The notes under the pieces are model-generated. The model had not been told where the DNA came from, did no database searches, and saw only the letters and a program-made list of their open reading frames with translations. Positions 1 through 12,415 of a stretch of DNA of 64,000 bases are shown here, piece after piece. Each line of letters starts with the position of its first letter. The stretch's first letter is position 1. Source of the DNA: Sminthopsis crassicaudata (lineage: Eukaryota); the NCBI RefSeq assembly GCF_048593235.1, contig NC_133622.1, positions 166,160,001 to 166,224,000 of the forward strand, read 5' to 3'. The translations under genes were made by a program, and so were the position numbers.

Positions 1-383
1 ATGGAATAATCAGAGACCAGACAAAGATCCCAGTCCTGACTCAGCAGGGACAAACTCTTTGGCTGATGAGGACTGGCCTCAATGACCAGTCTTCCATGAT
101 CATATTCAACATCTATAGGGTTGGGGATTGAGCCTGTGGTTTCACTGATGTAGGGAAATTCAGATAAGAAAAACTTCCCCTACCAAGGTAGACTGGTATC
201 TACCCTACCATTTATGGTCTTAGAGTACTAAGAAGTCATATGATTTCCCCCAGATAATGTAGTATATATATGACAAAAGTGAGACCTGAATTTAGGCTTT
301 CCTGACTCCAAGTCCATACACTGGAACATATTACTTAAGTACAACAAACACTTTGAAAGAAGAAAAACTGAATAAATTCTTAC

Positions 384-434
384 TCCATGAAATGGGTGGT
401 TTGGTGGTGATGGAAATCCTCCTGGATTATACAT
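384..434 (-). CDS. ENAM: ENAM extra 51-nt coding exon (probable 'exon 8b'), MYNPGGFPSPPNHPFHG
   Basis: Acceptor ..ctgacag| and donor |gtaaga; 17 codons, phase 0/0, Pro/Gly-rich. Lies right after the 63-nt exon, where an extra exon has been reported in marsupials and sauropsids. Confidence 0.8.
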
Positions 435-679
435 CTGTCAGTGAGAAAAATCAGTACCAAGATTTATAAAAAAGTCACATTAATGTAACTCTTACTTTTT
501 ACTTACTTCTTGAGACATGACCAACAAGTTTCCTTTGTTGGACTTATTATTCTTTCTATTACATTTCCTGGTTCTCAGAGTTTCAATGGCATGTTTTAAA
601 ACTTCAATGATGCAAAACCAAATTACAATGGGAGGAATATTTTTTTTTTTTGAAGATCACTGAGAATCCAAATCAATGT

Positions 680-1230
680 TATTTTTGCAAAATGATTTTA
701 TGGTAACCTATTAATATATTTACATAGTCAAATATATAATTCTATATCCTAACATGTTTCCAATATGTATTTAGATATATATTTATATATTTATAGTTCT
801 ATATTATTATATATTATATATCTTTAACATGATTACTCAAATATAGTCTAATATAGAATTCTATAGTCTAAAATATATTTCTAAGATGGAAAACTGTATT
901 TTAATATTACATATTTCTCACATATAATTCTATATTCTATTTATAATTCTATAATCTATTTTATTTCTAATGTCTGTATCTCAATGTATATTTCTCATAT
1001 GTAATTATATATTTGAATATATTTGTATATTTCTAATATACAATTCCATATTCTAATACATTTCAACTATGATTCTATATTTTGATATAGTTCCAATATA
1101 CAATCCGATGTGCTAATTGATTTCTAATATATAATTCTATATTTTTATATATTTATATAGCACTATATTTCTAATATATAATTTAATACTCTAATATATA
1201 TAAAATATTTCTGTATTTCCAATATATAAT
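680..1230. repeat. AT-rich low-complexity tract (TATATT/TTCTA-like)
   Basis: Degenerate ATATAATTCTATATT units with very low GC. Confidence 0.8.
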
Positions 1231-2159
1231 TCTGTTGTCCTTTCTAGCTTACTTGTGTCTTCACACTCCCCTCTCCCCAATGCCTACCCAATGTTGTCTC
1301 TGTTAGGCAGTTTTCTCACATGAATTAGGTTTCTTTGGCTATTCACTAGGTCCAGAAAGCTGTCCTTCATCTCTTAGTTACTTTCTACTTTATATATTTT
1401 GTAGATAACTTACTTATGTGCATATTTTCTCCTATTAGGTTTCCCCCACTTTCTTTGTTCCCAGTATATGTCATAGAGAGGGCTTAATATGTTAGTTGAC
1501 TGACTGACCGATTGACTGACTTTTAGTGTTCTAGGCAACTTTCTTAAGATCACAATTTTTAGAGAAGGTAATGACCTACATTGGAAGAGAGAATTTCCTC
1601 TTCTGGGAGTGTTTTTTCCTTCTGTCAGATGTGAGCTTCTTTTCTATTTGTATTCTTAGGGTTTTGCAAATAAAATGCTCATTCATTTGTTCACTGAATC
1701 TTATCCCTGTCCCTGGTAAAATTTATGTTATGTTTATTTACCCAATAGTAACTCCCATGTACCTGCTTTAGTATTACAAAGCCCTTAATTGTAAGAATTA
1801 TTAGCTCCATTTTACTGATTGGGAAGCTGAAGCTTAGCTCAGAAAAAAATCCCTTGCTGAAGTCACATACCCAGTCTGAACTCAGTTTTCTCTTGACCCT
1901 AAGGCCAGGCTCTTATTCCAGCTGTTGCTTTTATATGATGTCAATTCAATTAGTTGAAGGCTCAGGAAGCTAATATATATTTTTTTAATCTATGTGGTAC
2001 CAGGTATTTGACTTGACTGATGATTTTTGGTTAAATTGCTGACTATCCTAAGAAGGTCATGTTTCTATTAAAATGTTTGAATTGTCTGAGAAGCTCATAT
2101 TAACTTAGAAGGCAAAATGCTAATTTTCTTTAATAAGAGTTTTAAAAAATGGGACTCAC

Positions 2160-2222
2160 CTGTGGATATTGCCAGGGTGGTTGGTGAAAAGGAAACATTC
2201 CATGACCAAATGGGGGATATTG
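2160..2222 (-). CDS. ENAM: ENAM exon (human exon 7 equivalent), QYPPFGHGMFPFHQPPWQYPQ
   Basis: 63 nt; ctttctctag| and |gtgagt; similar to human AFPPFGNGLFPYQQPPWQIPQ. Confidence 0.95.
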
Positions 2223-2289
2223 CTAGAGAAAGAGTTTGAGAAAAATAAAAGATTAAAATGGTCAATGAAAAATAACGTCAATGAATGAA

Positions 2290-2795
2290 ACTATCTACTT
2301 CTATTCATTTACTTTTTATTGATTTCATCATTTGTTTATTCACCTGTTTGCTTATTCATTTATCTTCTATTCATTTACTGATTTATTTATGTTTATCTCT
2401 CTGTATATCACCTAGTTATTGACATTTTTATTTATTTCTTTATCATTTTCCATTTTCATTTATTTATTTGCTTTTAAATTCTTCTCTCCGTCATCTGTCT
2501 TACTCTTCTGTTTGTTTACTTATTTATCTATTCATTTATCTTGCTATGATTTATTCATTTACTTTTTCATTAATCTATTTCTTTATGTATCACTTATCAC
2601 TATTTATTTTTCTGTTTGCCTGTATCCTATCTGTTCTATTCATATGTCTGGATGTCTATTTATATATCTGTATATCTGTCTTCTATCCTGTTTATTAATC
2701 TGTCTTTCTGTCTCTATCTATACCGTCTATTTACCTATCTGTCTGACTATCCTGTTTATATATTTACCCATCTACGATTTACCTATTTTATGATT
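2290..2795. repeat. Degenerate TTTA/TCTA/TCTG low-complexity tract
   Basis: Cryptic tetranucleotide repeats; explains the spurious hydrophobic ORFs at 2419-2798. Confidence 0.8.
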
Positions 2796-2829
2796 TAATC
2801 AACAACACAAATCTCTTGTAATCTTAGAG

Positions 2830-3080
2830 TCAGCTAGATGTTTCAGTGAATAGAGTGCTGGGCCTGGACTCAAGAAGACCTGAATTTGAATATGACTGTA
2901 GACATTTGCTAGCTATGTGTCTCTGGGCAAGTCATTTCATTTCTGCCTCAGTTTCTCCATTATAAAATGGAAATTATAGTAGCACCTGCCTCTCAGGTTT
3001 GTTTTGAGGATCAAAGGAAATAATATTTTTAAAGTGTCCAGCATGGTTTCTGGCCCAAAGTATTTAATAAATCCTTATTT
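2830..3080 (+). mobile_element. MIR-type CORE-SINE relic (one of many in the window)
   Basis: gggcaagtca...ctcagtttctcc..taaaatgg CORE motif, with an ..ttgaggatcaaa.. tail. Confidence 0.75.
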
Positions 3081-3847
3081 CCTTTCATGCATCTTAGAGA
3101 ATTTCCTGGGGTACTAAGAGGTAAGGTAACTTGCTCAATGGCATAGTCAATATGTGTCAGAAGCAGGATTTGAATTCAGGTCTTCCTGACTTAAAGGTCT
3201 TTATTTATTATTTGCTACTACCACTAGGTAAGCCCATATTCCACCTAACTCATAATTTCAGACTCTCTTCTCTCTCCAATCTTTTTACTTTACTTTCCTG
3301 CCTTTAGTCAGGACCCCATTCAAATGGTATGGCATGTTGCCCTTTTCCATGCCTTGCATATTGAACTTCTTAGACATAATTCTAGGTTTAATGGTTTTAG
3401 CTCATAGGATTTTAGAATTATGGGAAAACTTAGAGGTCATGATGGCCAATTCTTATTTATACTAATGAGGAAACTTAGTCATAGGTCATTCAAGTAATTT
3501 GCTGGGAGTCACACAGCAGAGTCAGCAGTCAAAATCTCTGAAATTTTAGTCCATTGCATGTATCTAATATAAAAAGAATTATTTTTTTTGATTAATGAAA
3601 ATTCACCTTTTCTCCCTGTTACTACTAAGAAAGAAGAAAATCTTCATTGTAAACCTCTATTACCAAGCAAGACAAATTCCTGCATAATTCTGTATTTTTT
3701 AAAGCATAAAGAGGCATCTTTGAATCACTATAATTTCATTTGAGTAACATTATTCTAAACAGCAAATGGTTTGACTTGTTGAATAAATAAGTGACTTCAG
3801 TACTACTTTGAGTAGTGTAGAAAGTTTAGGATACTTCTAGGGTGAGT

Positions 3848-4075
3848 AGGTAGGTGGTATAGTAGATAAAGTGCTGGACCTGGAGTCAGGAAGACTTTTT
3901 CTAAGTTCAAATCTGGTTGGAGATAGTTACCAGTATGCCCCTGGGAAAGTCACTTAATCCTGTTTGCCTCAATTTCTTTATCTGTAAAATGAGCTGGAGA
4001 GAAGATGGCAAACTCCAGTAACTTTGTCAAGAAAACTCCAAATGAGGTCACGAAGAACTGAAAATGACAGAAATG
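3848..4075 (+). mobile_element. MAR1-like marsupial CORE-SINE
   Basis: tRNA-like head, CORE, and a gagctggaga..atggcaaactccagta..aagaaaactccaaatg tail. Confidence 0.7.
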
Positions 4076-4503
4076 GGATAGAACTCTGATCGTGTAGCTA
4101 GGAAGATCTGAGTTCAAATCCTGATTCAGACACTAGTTGTGTAATGTTGAACAAATGACTTCAGGGGTCTTAGTCTTTATTTCCTCATCTGTAAAATGGG
4201 GACAATAATAGCACCTACCTCACAGGGTTGTTGTGAAGGTCAAGTGATATAATATCTATATAAATATGTTATATATATATACATATATATATATAGTACT
4301 TTTTAGGCCTTACAGTGCTATATAAATGCTATTAATAATTATAAAAATAGTAATTGTTATTATTTAAAGATGTGATAATTTAGACATTATATATAGTATG
4401 AATACTTTTGTCTAGAAGGAGCATCAGAGTGAATAAGGGACAATCTCATTCCCTCTAAAGATCTCTTAACATTCAATTAATGATCAAAATAGCAAATATT
4501 TAC

Positions 4504-4797
4504 TGGAGGCTGTTCATCCTCTTCTTTTGGCCGAGGAGGGCCCTCAGGGGGCTTCTTCACAGCTGGCTTTATTGTTGGAATTGTTGGGATCATCGGCTTT
4601 GTTGGCAGTGGCTGACTGGGCGTTGAAGTTTCTTGGCCCTCCCCTGCCTTCATCTGCGGTCTTGGTATATTTGGTGGCATGGGCTGCTGGGGAAGCCATG
4701 TGTTTGGCGGTGGCTGGGGCCACATTGGCACCTGGAACTGTGGAAACTGCTGGGCAAGTCGTATATTGTATCCATACAGAGGACCGAGGTGTGCCAT
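4504..4797 (-). CDS. ENAM: ENAM exon (human exon 6 equivalent), 98 codons, Pro/Gln-rich
   Basis: cttctag|ATG GCA ... CCA|gtaaat; MAHLGP..QQFPQFQVPMWPQPPPNTW matches human MAHLGP..QQFPQYQMPMWPQPPPNTW. Confidence 0.96.
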
Positions 4798-6133
4798 CTA
4801 GAAGTGTAAAAACAGCAGTGAGGGAGGTGGGAGGGATGTGGTGCTGAAGATGAAGATTCCCAACAGTTAGATTATCATGGCACCTGTGACCTCGAAGAGT
4901 GTAGAGAACAAATCCCCATTTCCTGGTGTGTCAACCCCCCCCCCCCCCAAATCTGAATAGGAAGAGAGAGGCTACCAGAAAGCCTCGTGCTTTCAGTTGA
5001 GAAGTCTTTGCAGGAAACTACCATGTGAGAGTTTCACTTCAGCCATTAAAGAACAAAAAGAGGGGAAAGAAAAAAAAAGAGAAGAGGGGGTAAGAATGAG
5101 AGATTTTCTGTTGTGGTTGGTGGTTTTACCAGCTGGCATCGTTTGCTTCAGGCTCTGTAATTAAGATTGCATAAGGAATTTGTGCTGAGTTAATATTATA
5201 TAATATGATGTCTATAAAATATAGATTAAGGAGAAAGGCAATAAAGGGGAAGAGATTAAAAGACTGGGTAAACAGGGATTTTTCTTTCTCTTAAATAAAA
5301 CTGTGTTTTCATTGGTGATGAAATGACTATTGAAGTGATCAAAAACCAACAATAGGGAAAAAAGGAGTTAAAACGGAGTATCCAGAGAAAATTAGACTGA
5401 GTACTTGAAAAATCATAGGCTCCTAGATCCCACCTTGCCATCTGATTTGTAACTTCCAGTTTTATAGAGTTTCCTTGACTAACAAGATGTAGCCATGATG
5501 TTTCAGGGGCAGGATTTGAATCCATCTCTTCCTGACCCAGAGACAAGATTTCTATTCATGGCTGGCCAATGGTCAGGTATCTCTATTCTCTTTGTATTGT
5601 GCCTACTTTAATAAATGTTTATGGATTATGAGGAAGAAGAGTAGGAAGCTAGGAAAAAGAAAGATGAAGTATTAAATAAGTGGGGCAAAGTTATTCTTTT
5701 CTGATCCCTGTATGGAGCTGAACTAAGGTGGGTTAATCAGGGCTTTGTCCCAAAGTGCCAATACTCTGGGGCACATTTTGCCCCTTTTGTCTTTTGTCAT
5801 TTTCTGCAATCTTTTAGGTCTTCTCCTTGCTCTGTACCATGTGGTACCACAGTGGTCCTGCCCTTCTCCCTTGCATATACCTGTCCTTTCTCTCCCTGGG
5901 CTCTCTTCTTGCAGGTTACTTGGTAAGACTGCCCTCTCTATACCTAATTTGAGAAAATTGAACTTTCTACTACTTTCCAATTAAATTTACCCTAAGGGCA
6001 AGAATTTCTAGTTGTAATTTGGTCCGTGTGTGTATTACTATTAAAACAGGTAGGCAGGAAGAGAAGAACTTTCCTAAAGAAGAATATGAACACAAAGAGA
6101 AGATGGTCAAAGACATTTCAAAAGAAAACTTAC

Positions 6134-6175
6134 CTGTGGTGTGTTCATGAAGTTGTACTGTCCATATCGCATCAT
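6134..6175 (-). CDS. ENAM: ENAM exon (human exon 5 equivalent), MMRYGQYNFMNTPQ
   Basis: 42 nt; ctaacag| and |gtaagt; matches human MMRYNQFNFMNGPH. Confidence 0.96.
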
Positions 6176-7136
6176 CTGTTAGCAAAGAGATCTGTTAGTG
6201 GCCCAAGGCAAATTTTTTCTTTTTTTCTAACTAGTCACCCAATTTCCCCATTCTAACAGAACAGTGACATGACTTGAAGATGTGATAGCAACACATTTTG
6301 TGAAAATGGCAGGATTAAAAAAATGAAATCAAAGAATTCCAGGAGCAGTGGGAGACAGAATCTTATCTCTACAAAGATTGCCATAAATAATTTTATGGAA
6401 AGAGAGAAAGGGAATAAACATTTACTAAGCATAATTTACTATGTACTAGGCACTCACTGTTATCCCCTACTTTACAGTTGAGGAAACAGAGACAAAGAGA
6501 TTAAGTGAATTGTCCTAGTTAGTATCTGAAGCTAAAGGTGAACTTGCATCTTCCTGACTCCAGAGCATTTCACCCATTGTATTAATTAGATCAAAAATTC
6601 TTTAAAGGGTTTATAGACTTTAAAAACTTTTAAAAATTAATTAAAAAATTAAAATTGAAATTAATTAAAAATGATTTTTTATTTATGTGAAAATCCTATA
6701 AGTATTATTAGTATTTGAAAATGGGGAATTTGTTTTAAAGAAATATTTTAGAGGCAGCTTTATGGCATAGAGTACCTGCCCTGGAATCAGGAGTACCTAA
6801 CTTCAAATCTGGCCTCAGATACTTATTACTGTGTGATCCTAGGCAAGTCACTTAATCCTGATTACCTGGCATCAAATGGGAAGAGGTATTTTGATAACTA
6901 TATTCAATATAACTGATTTCTTTTATAATCATCTGATTTTATTTTATATATTTAATAACATGATTCTGAAAAGTCTAAAAGTTTCACCAGATTGATAAAG
7001 GATTCATGATGAAAAAAGGATAAGGACTCTTGCACTCAAACCCTTTAGATGAAGAGCTCACAAATCACTGAGTCCAAACTTCTCATTTTATGGATAAGGA
7101 AACTTGAGGCTTAGGGCATTTAAAAGACTTGCCCAA

Positions 7137-7281
7137 TGGGGCAGCTAGGTAGTCCAGTGGATAGAGCACCAGTCTTGAATTCAGGAGGACCCGAGTTCAA
7201 ATCAAATCTCATCTCAGACACTTAACACTTCTTAGCTGTATGACCCTGGGCAAGTCACTTAACCCCAGCCTCAAAAAAAAT
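7137..7281 (+). mobile_element. WSINE1-like short SINE with A tail, inserted in a MIR
   Basis: gggcagctagg...gggcaagtcacttaaccccagcctc(A)8; flanking duplication gacttgcccaa at 7126-7136 and 7282-7292. Confidence 0.85.
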
Positions 7282-7924
7282 GACTTGCCCAAAATTATAT
7301 GGGCAATAAATGATAAAGACGCAATTAAAATCCAGGTCTTATAACTCCAAACTCAGTTCTTTCTATTGTGTCAGACTGCTTGCCTTAAGTCTTGATTCTC
7401 CTGAAAGTTTCTATGGACATCTTAATCTCAGACTTTCTGTTAAGGAGTTAGAAATAGCTATGTTGGGCAAAGGACAATTCTTTTCTTGGAACATCACAAA
7501 AAGCGATTTTATACCCTTCCCTATGTTTAAGGGAGTTGGGCCCTGTGGATAATGTCACAAAAGATCTTTTCTGGCAACCTCAGTGGAGAGGTTAATAATA
7601 TTAAGTGGACTTAAAGATGGCCCCCTACATAGAGCAAAGTTTAGGCTCATTGGAAAGGTAATGCCAGGGAAATTACAAAGTGCTTTGTGATCTTAATCAG
7701 GTCTCAAAAGAGCAACCCCTGATTTCCTCAACTGCCATTTGCAGCTTGAGACCCTTCCTGATCCCACCAGGGGCTAGGGTTTGTCCTCCTCCGACATCAC
7801 ATTTATTTTATACATCCTTATATTTGTACACAGCATCTTTCCTGATAAGAATGTAAGCTTCAAAGGGACAAGAATTGCTTCATTTGTGTCTTTGTATTCT
7901 CTAGGATTTAGCATAGTATATGGT

Positions 7925-8180
7925 ACATTTGTTGTTGTCTAGTTATTTCAGTCATATCCAACTGTTTCAGAGCCCATTTGGGGTTTTCTTGGCAAAGATT
8001 CTGGGACAATTTGCTATTTCCTTTCCAGCTCCTTTTATAGTTGAGAAAACTAAGACAAACAGAATTAAGTGGCTTGCCCAGGGTCACACAGCTAAAATGT
8101 CTGAGGCTGGTTTTGAACTCGGGAAGATGACTCTGCCTGTCTCCAGGCTCAGGCTGTATCCACTCACCATCTAGCTGTCT
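7925..8180 (-). mobile_element. MAR1-like SINE; further copies at about 49887-50140 (+), 51385-51633 (-), 56005-56270 (+), 58600-58848 (-)
   Basis: Shared ccatttggggttttcttggcaaaga...gaggaaact...gggtcacacagcta pattern. Confidence 0.75.
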
Positions 8181-8357
8181 GTATGGCACACAGTAATTAC
8201 TTAACAAATGCTTGTAAATGACTGATTAACTTCATTAGGAAAGCAAGTTATCCCAATAGTCTCTTTTGTTTCCTTCTTTCTGAACTTGCAGATCTTTGAA
8301 ATAATCCTTTCACCCTTCCTCTACCCAATGCAATTTATTGGAAGAGACTGCACATAC

Positions 8358-8402
8358 CTCTTCACTCTTACTGCCAAATCCACCCATGTGAGGCATATGC
8401 AT
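8358..8402 (-). CDS. ENAM: ENAM exon (human exon 4 equivalent), MHMPHMGGFGSKSEE, with S-x-E phosphorylation motif
   Basis: 45 nt; tcttccag| and |gtatgt; ends in SEE, the SCPP-family FAM20C motif. Confidence 0.97.
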
Positions 8403-8516
8403 CTGGAAGACAGAGCACCCATGACACTTGCAGCAAAACATACTGTCATAAAGACAACATGATGTCTTCCCAACATAAAACCCAAAGAAAAGGAAGTTGT
8501 AAACCTCATTACTTAC

Positions 8517-8585
8517 AGGCATAGCAATGGAACAACTGAACAGACTGAGAAACATCAGGAAAGTCTTCATCTTTCCCCTTGGTAC
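8517..8585 (-). CDS. ENAM: ENAM signal-peptide exon (human exon 3 equivalent), VPRGKMKTFLMFLSLFSCSIAMP; second ATG at 8570
   Basis: 69 nt; tttatag| and |gtaagt; hydrophobic signal peptide ending A-M-P. Confidence 0.96.
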
Positions 8586-8698
8586 CTATAAAGCAATGGT
8601 GATTTTTATATCTTTAGACTATGAAAGAGGAAGCCTTGCAGATAGTCACTAGCCCATTGACTAGGTATTGGAGAAGGCAGTTGGTAAATGTTCCTGCT

Positions 8699-8993
8699 AT
8701 TGTATTCACTTTGCTATGGCCTCGTTAAGCAGAGTTGCTAATAAATAATCAAATGACAAAAAAAGGAAAGAAAAAAATCATATTTTTAAAAATAATATTT
8801 AGAATTAGAAGGGATGGGACTCCCTTATCTATTCCATCCTTTTTTTCAGTTGAGGAAACTGAGGCTCAGAGAACTTAAATTATTTAAGGTCTCACAGAAA
8901 ACAACAGAGGCAGGATTGGGAACCAGATCCTCTGATTTGCAAGCAAGTTGTCTTTTCATTGTATTCATTGAATTTACTTCTCATATTCTTGAA
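8699..8993 (+). repeat. Local direct duplication, copy 1 (copy 2 at 10945-11246)
   Basis: Read base by base: about 4 substitutions, a 1-nt indel and an 8-nt indel. Confidence 0.95.
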
Positions 8994-9818
8994 TAACTGG
9001 AAATTTTCATATATGTATGTACATATGAACATATACATATATGTTATGTGCATATACACCTACATACCTCACTGAGTTTGGGGTACTCTTTCCTGGAGAT
9101 TGGGAGTTATTTAATATAGAGATAAGAAGAGGAATTGAATATATAACTTCATTGAAAGAAGAGACTCCCAAATGAAGAAATTCCCTTTATCATTTCAGGT
9201 CAGCACTTATGGTCTTAGAAAAGTACCTAGAATACTGGGAATTTGAGATTTGCCATTATCACATAGCTAGCATGCATCAAGGTGGAACTTGAATACTTTA
9301 GGAAGAAGGTAAACATGAATTTGACTTAAAATTGGATTTATATCTGGAAGCAGAGACCTGAGGACTTCTGATGATGTGATATTGGAGAGCTAGCTACCTT
9401 TAGCTTCCATAAAGTATAAGTATTTCTGAATACTAATGATTTGCCCAGGATCACCCTTTAAGGATGGGGCTGAGGAGGGACCTGAATCCAGGTCTTCCTG
9501 GCTCCAAAGCCATTTGTCTATCCACTACAGGAAGCTACCTTCTTAACATAACCATAAGTCAGTTGTTTTCTCTGGTGCTAAGGATATCACTTGGATAACT
9601 CCATGTAATCACTATGGATGACTGTAAGGTTAGAATGAAAGGGAAATAATATAGACAAAGAGTGCCAAATGTCACTTATAGGCTTCATTCACAGGTCTAA
9701 GAATGTGGAAGGTCATTGGTGTCCTCAGAATTTTAGTGCAATTTATTAAAGCTTAAAATTGCTCTAAGACTTTTAGGACAATTTCTATCCACAATCTCAC
9801 TAAAAGTACCCTCCAAGA

Positions 9819-10263
9819 GACTTACATCAACTGATGCTGAGTGAAATGAATAGAACCAGAAGATCTCTGTACACTTCAAAGTTGTATGAGGATGTATTCT
9901 GATGGAAGTGGATATCTTCAACATAAAGAAGATCCAACTCACTTCCAGTTGATCAATGATGTACAGAAATAACTACACCCAGAGAAGGAACACTGGGAAG
10001 TGAATGTAAATTGTTAGCACTACTGTCTATCTACCCAGGTTACTTATACCTTCGGAATGTGCAACAAGAAAATGGTATTTACACACATATATTGTATCTA
10101 GGTTATATTGTAACATATGTAAAATGTATGGGATTGCCTGTCATCAAGGGGAGGGAGTAGAGGAAGGGAGGGGATAATTTGGAAAAATGAATACAAGGGA
10201 TAATGTTATATAAAAATTACTCATGCATATATACTGTCAAAAAATTATAAATAAAAATTTAAA
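9819..10263 (+). mobile_element. 5'-truncated L1 (3' UTR) with a 17-bp target-site duplication, in ENAM intron 2
   Basis: aaaagtaccctccaaga at 9802-9818 and 10264-10280; body closely matches the L1 3' end at about 26110-26575. Confidence 0.92.
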
Positions 10264-10944
10264 AAAAGTACCCTCCAAGAAGTATTGCAAAAATGTATCT
10301 TCATATCTTTGTTGGAAGGCAGAGGATTGTGGGCAGGAAATAGGTTATATACTGTCAGACACATTGGAAGTGTTAATTGTTTTTTTAATACTGCTTTTTC
10401 TCCTCTTCCTAATTTATTTATTTATTACAAGTGAAGCTTTGCTATTTATTACAAGTGAAAATTATGGGGAGGGAGGAAGGATGTATTTGAAATAAAGGTG
10501 AGATAAAATAAAGGTTTTCCATTTTTAAAACAAGAAAAAAAGAAAGTGCTCTCCAAGCTCAACACACCACATTCACTCACTTTTTCAAGAGGCTGACTTT
10601 TCAGGACTCTGTTCTATACACTTTTCTGCTGTTCTCATCTACACTTATTTTTTATCCATTTTGTTATTCATGAGATAACGTATGTAAAACATTTTGCAAA
10701 CATATAAATGCTGCTGTTATGATTATGATCCTGAATGACTTTCTTTAGTAGTGATTACCAACCATTCATTCCAGCTTAGTTAGAATACGTTTCATAGGTT
10801 AAACTAACACCAATCTTATTGGAAGCTTCCCCTAACAGGAACAGCATAACTTAGGCGATCCATTTTAATGTTCAATAAAGAATTTAAGTTAATTAAATTA
10901 AATATTAATTTTAAATAATTTAAATATTTTAATGGCTACATGCC

Positions 10945-11246
10945 ATTGTATTCACTTTGCTATGGCCTCATTAAGCAGAGTTGCTAATAAATAATCAAAT
11001 GACAAAAAAAGGAAAGAAAAAATCATATTTTTAAAAATAATATTTAGAATTAGAAGGGATGGGACTCCCTTATCTATTCCATCCTTTTTTTCAGTTGAGG
11101 AAACTGAGGCTCAGAGAACTTAAATTATTTAAGGTCTTACAGAAAGCAACAGAGGCAGGATTGGGAACCAGATCCTCTGATTTGCAAGCAAGTTGTCTTT
11201 TCATTGTATTCATTGAATTTACTATATTACTTCTCATATTCTTGAA
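10945..11246 (+). repeat. Local direct duplication, copy 2
   Basis: See 8699-8993; this copy carries an extra ATATTACT. Confidence 0.95.
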
Positions 11247-11989
11247 CTAAAGATCAACACTTCCTTAGTAAAGATGAATTCCCTTAGGGAAAAGTTGCTC
11301 TGAGGACCAGATCTCCCTTTTCCAGGACCACGCAGCTAGTTGGTGATTAGAGGCAGGTTTTGAATACAGATCTTGACTCCAAAGCCAATGATCCATCCTC
11401 CAGGATAACCTGAGCCTTTGCAATATAAATTGGAGTAATCAATCAAATTCTGTCAACCAAAAAATTGGGAGTGTTTCACAGAGCAAAAAGGAGCAGCAGC
11501 TAATATCTGCCCTTCCTGCTGATCAAATATGGTTGGCAGCTCAGCACTTCAAAAATGAAGACAGGGTGCAATCATGTTTAGTACATGATTCCATAGCACA
11601 GAGATAGATGCTAGGACAAAACTAATATTGGAAAAGAATTTCCTTGCCTGTATTTTAGTATCATTGATTAAAATTACATTTAAAATATATGTTTCTTAAT
11701 TCGGCAACAAAGAGGAAGCTTGACAGAAAGATCACTGATGTGAAAATCAGAGAAAAAGGGTTTAAATTGTGTCTATATCCTTATTATGTGATCTTGAGAG
11801 TCATTTTTAACCTACCTGAATTTCATTTTCTTCATCTGTAGAGAGCAGATGGCCTTTGGAGTCCCTTCTAGCCCTAAATCTAAGATCCTATCATGTGCAG
11901 GGCGCTGGGTTAAGTGTTGTGAAGTAGGGGTGGGAGGGTAAGGGAAGGGACAGAGGATACAAGTAAAAATAAGACAATTCTTTTGATTA

Positions 11990-12357
11990 ATCGCCTTGCC
12001 TCAAATCTCTCCCTATTTCAGTCCACCCACCACTTTGCTGTCAAATTGATCTTTCTAAGGTGCAAGTCTGACAAGTTCATCTCCCTATTCAATAGGGGAA
12101 TATTGAATATTCAATAAACTTTACTGGCTCTAGGATCAAGTCTAGAATCTTGTAGGCCCCTTCCTACCTTTCTAGTCTTCTTACACTTTAATCCATTCAC
12201 TGTAATCCAGTGATGCTGGCTTCTCTCTTCTGCTTGGAATTCTTTCCCTCCTCATCTCTATTTTCTGGTTTCCTTCAAGCTTCAGCTAAAATTTCACCTA
12301 CAAGAAAGCTTTCTGGATTCCCCCTAATATAAGTGCCTTCTGCTGAGATGATACCAT

Positions 12358-12415
<58 letters not shown>

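Noticed and set aside
2419-2798. Hydrophobic, membrane-protein-like ORFs
   Set aside because: Translation of a TTTA/TCTA low-complexity tract
4527-4847. 106-aa plus-strand ORF
   Set aside because: Antisense shadow of the GC-rich ENAM exon
9550-9622. Candidate ENAM first coding exon in intron 2
   Set aside because: In-frame stop and weak donor; the real homologue was found at 12988-13041
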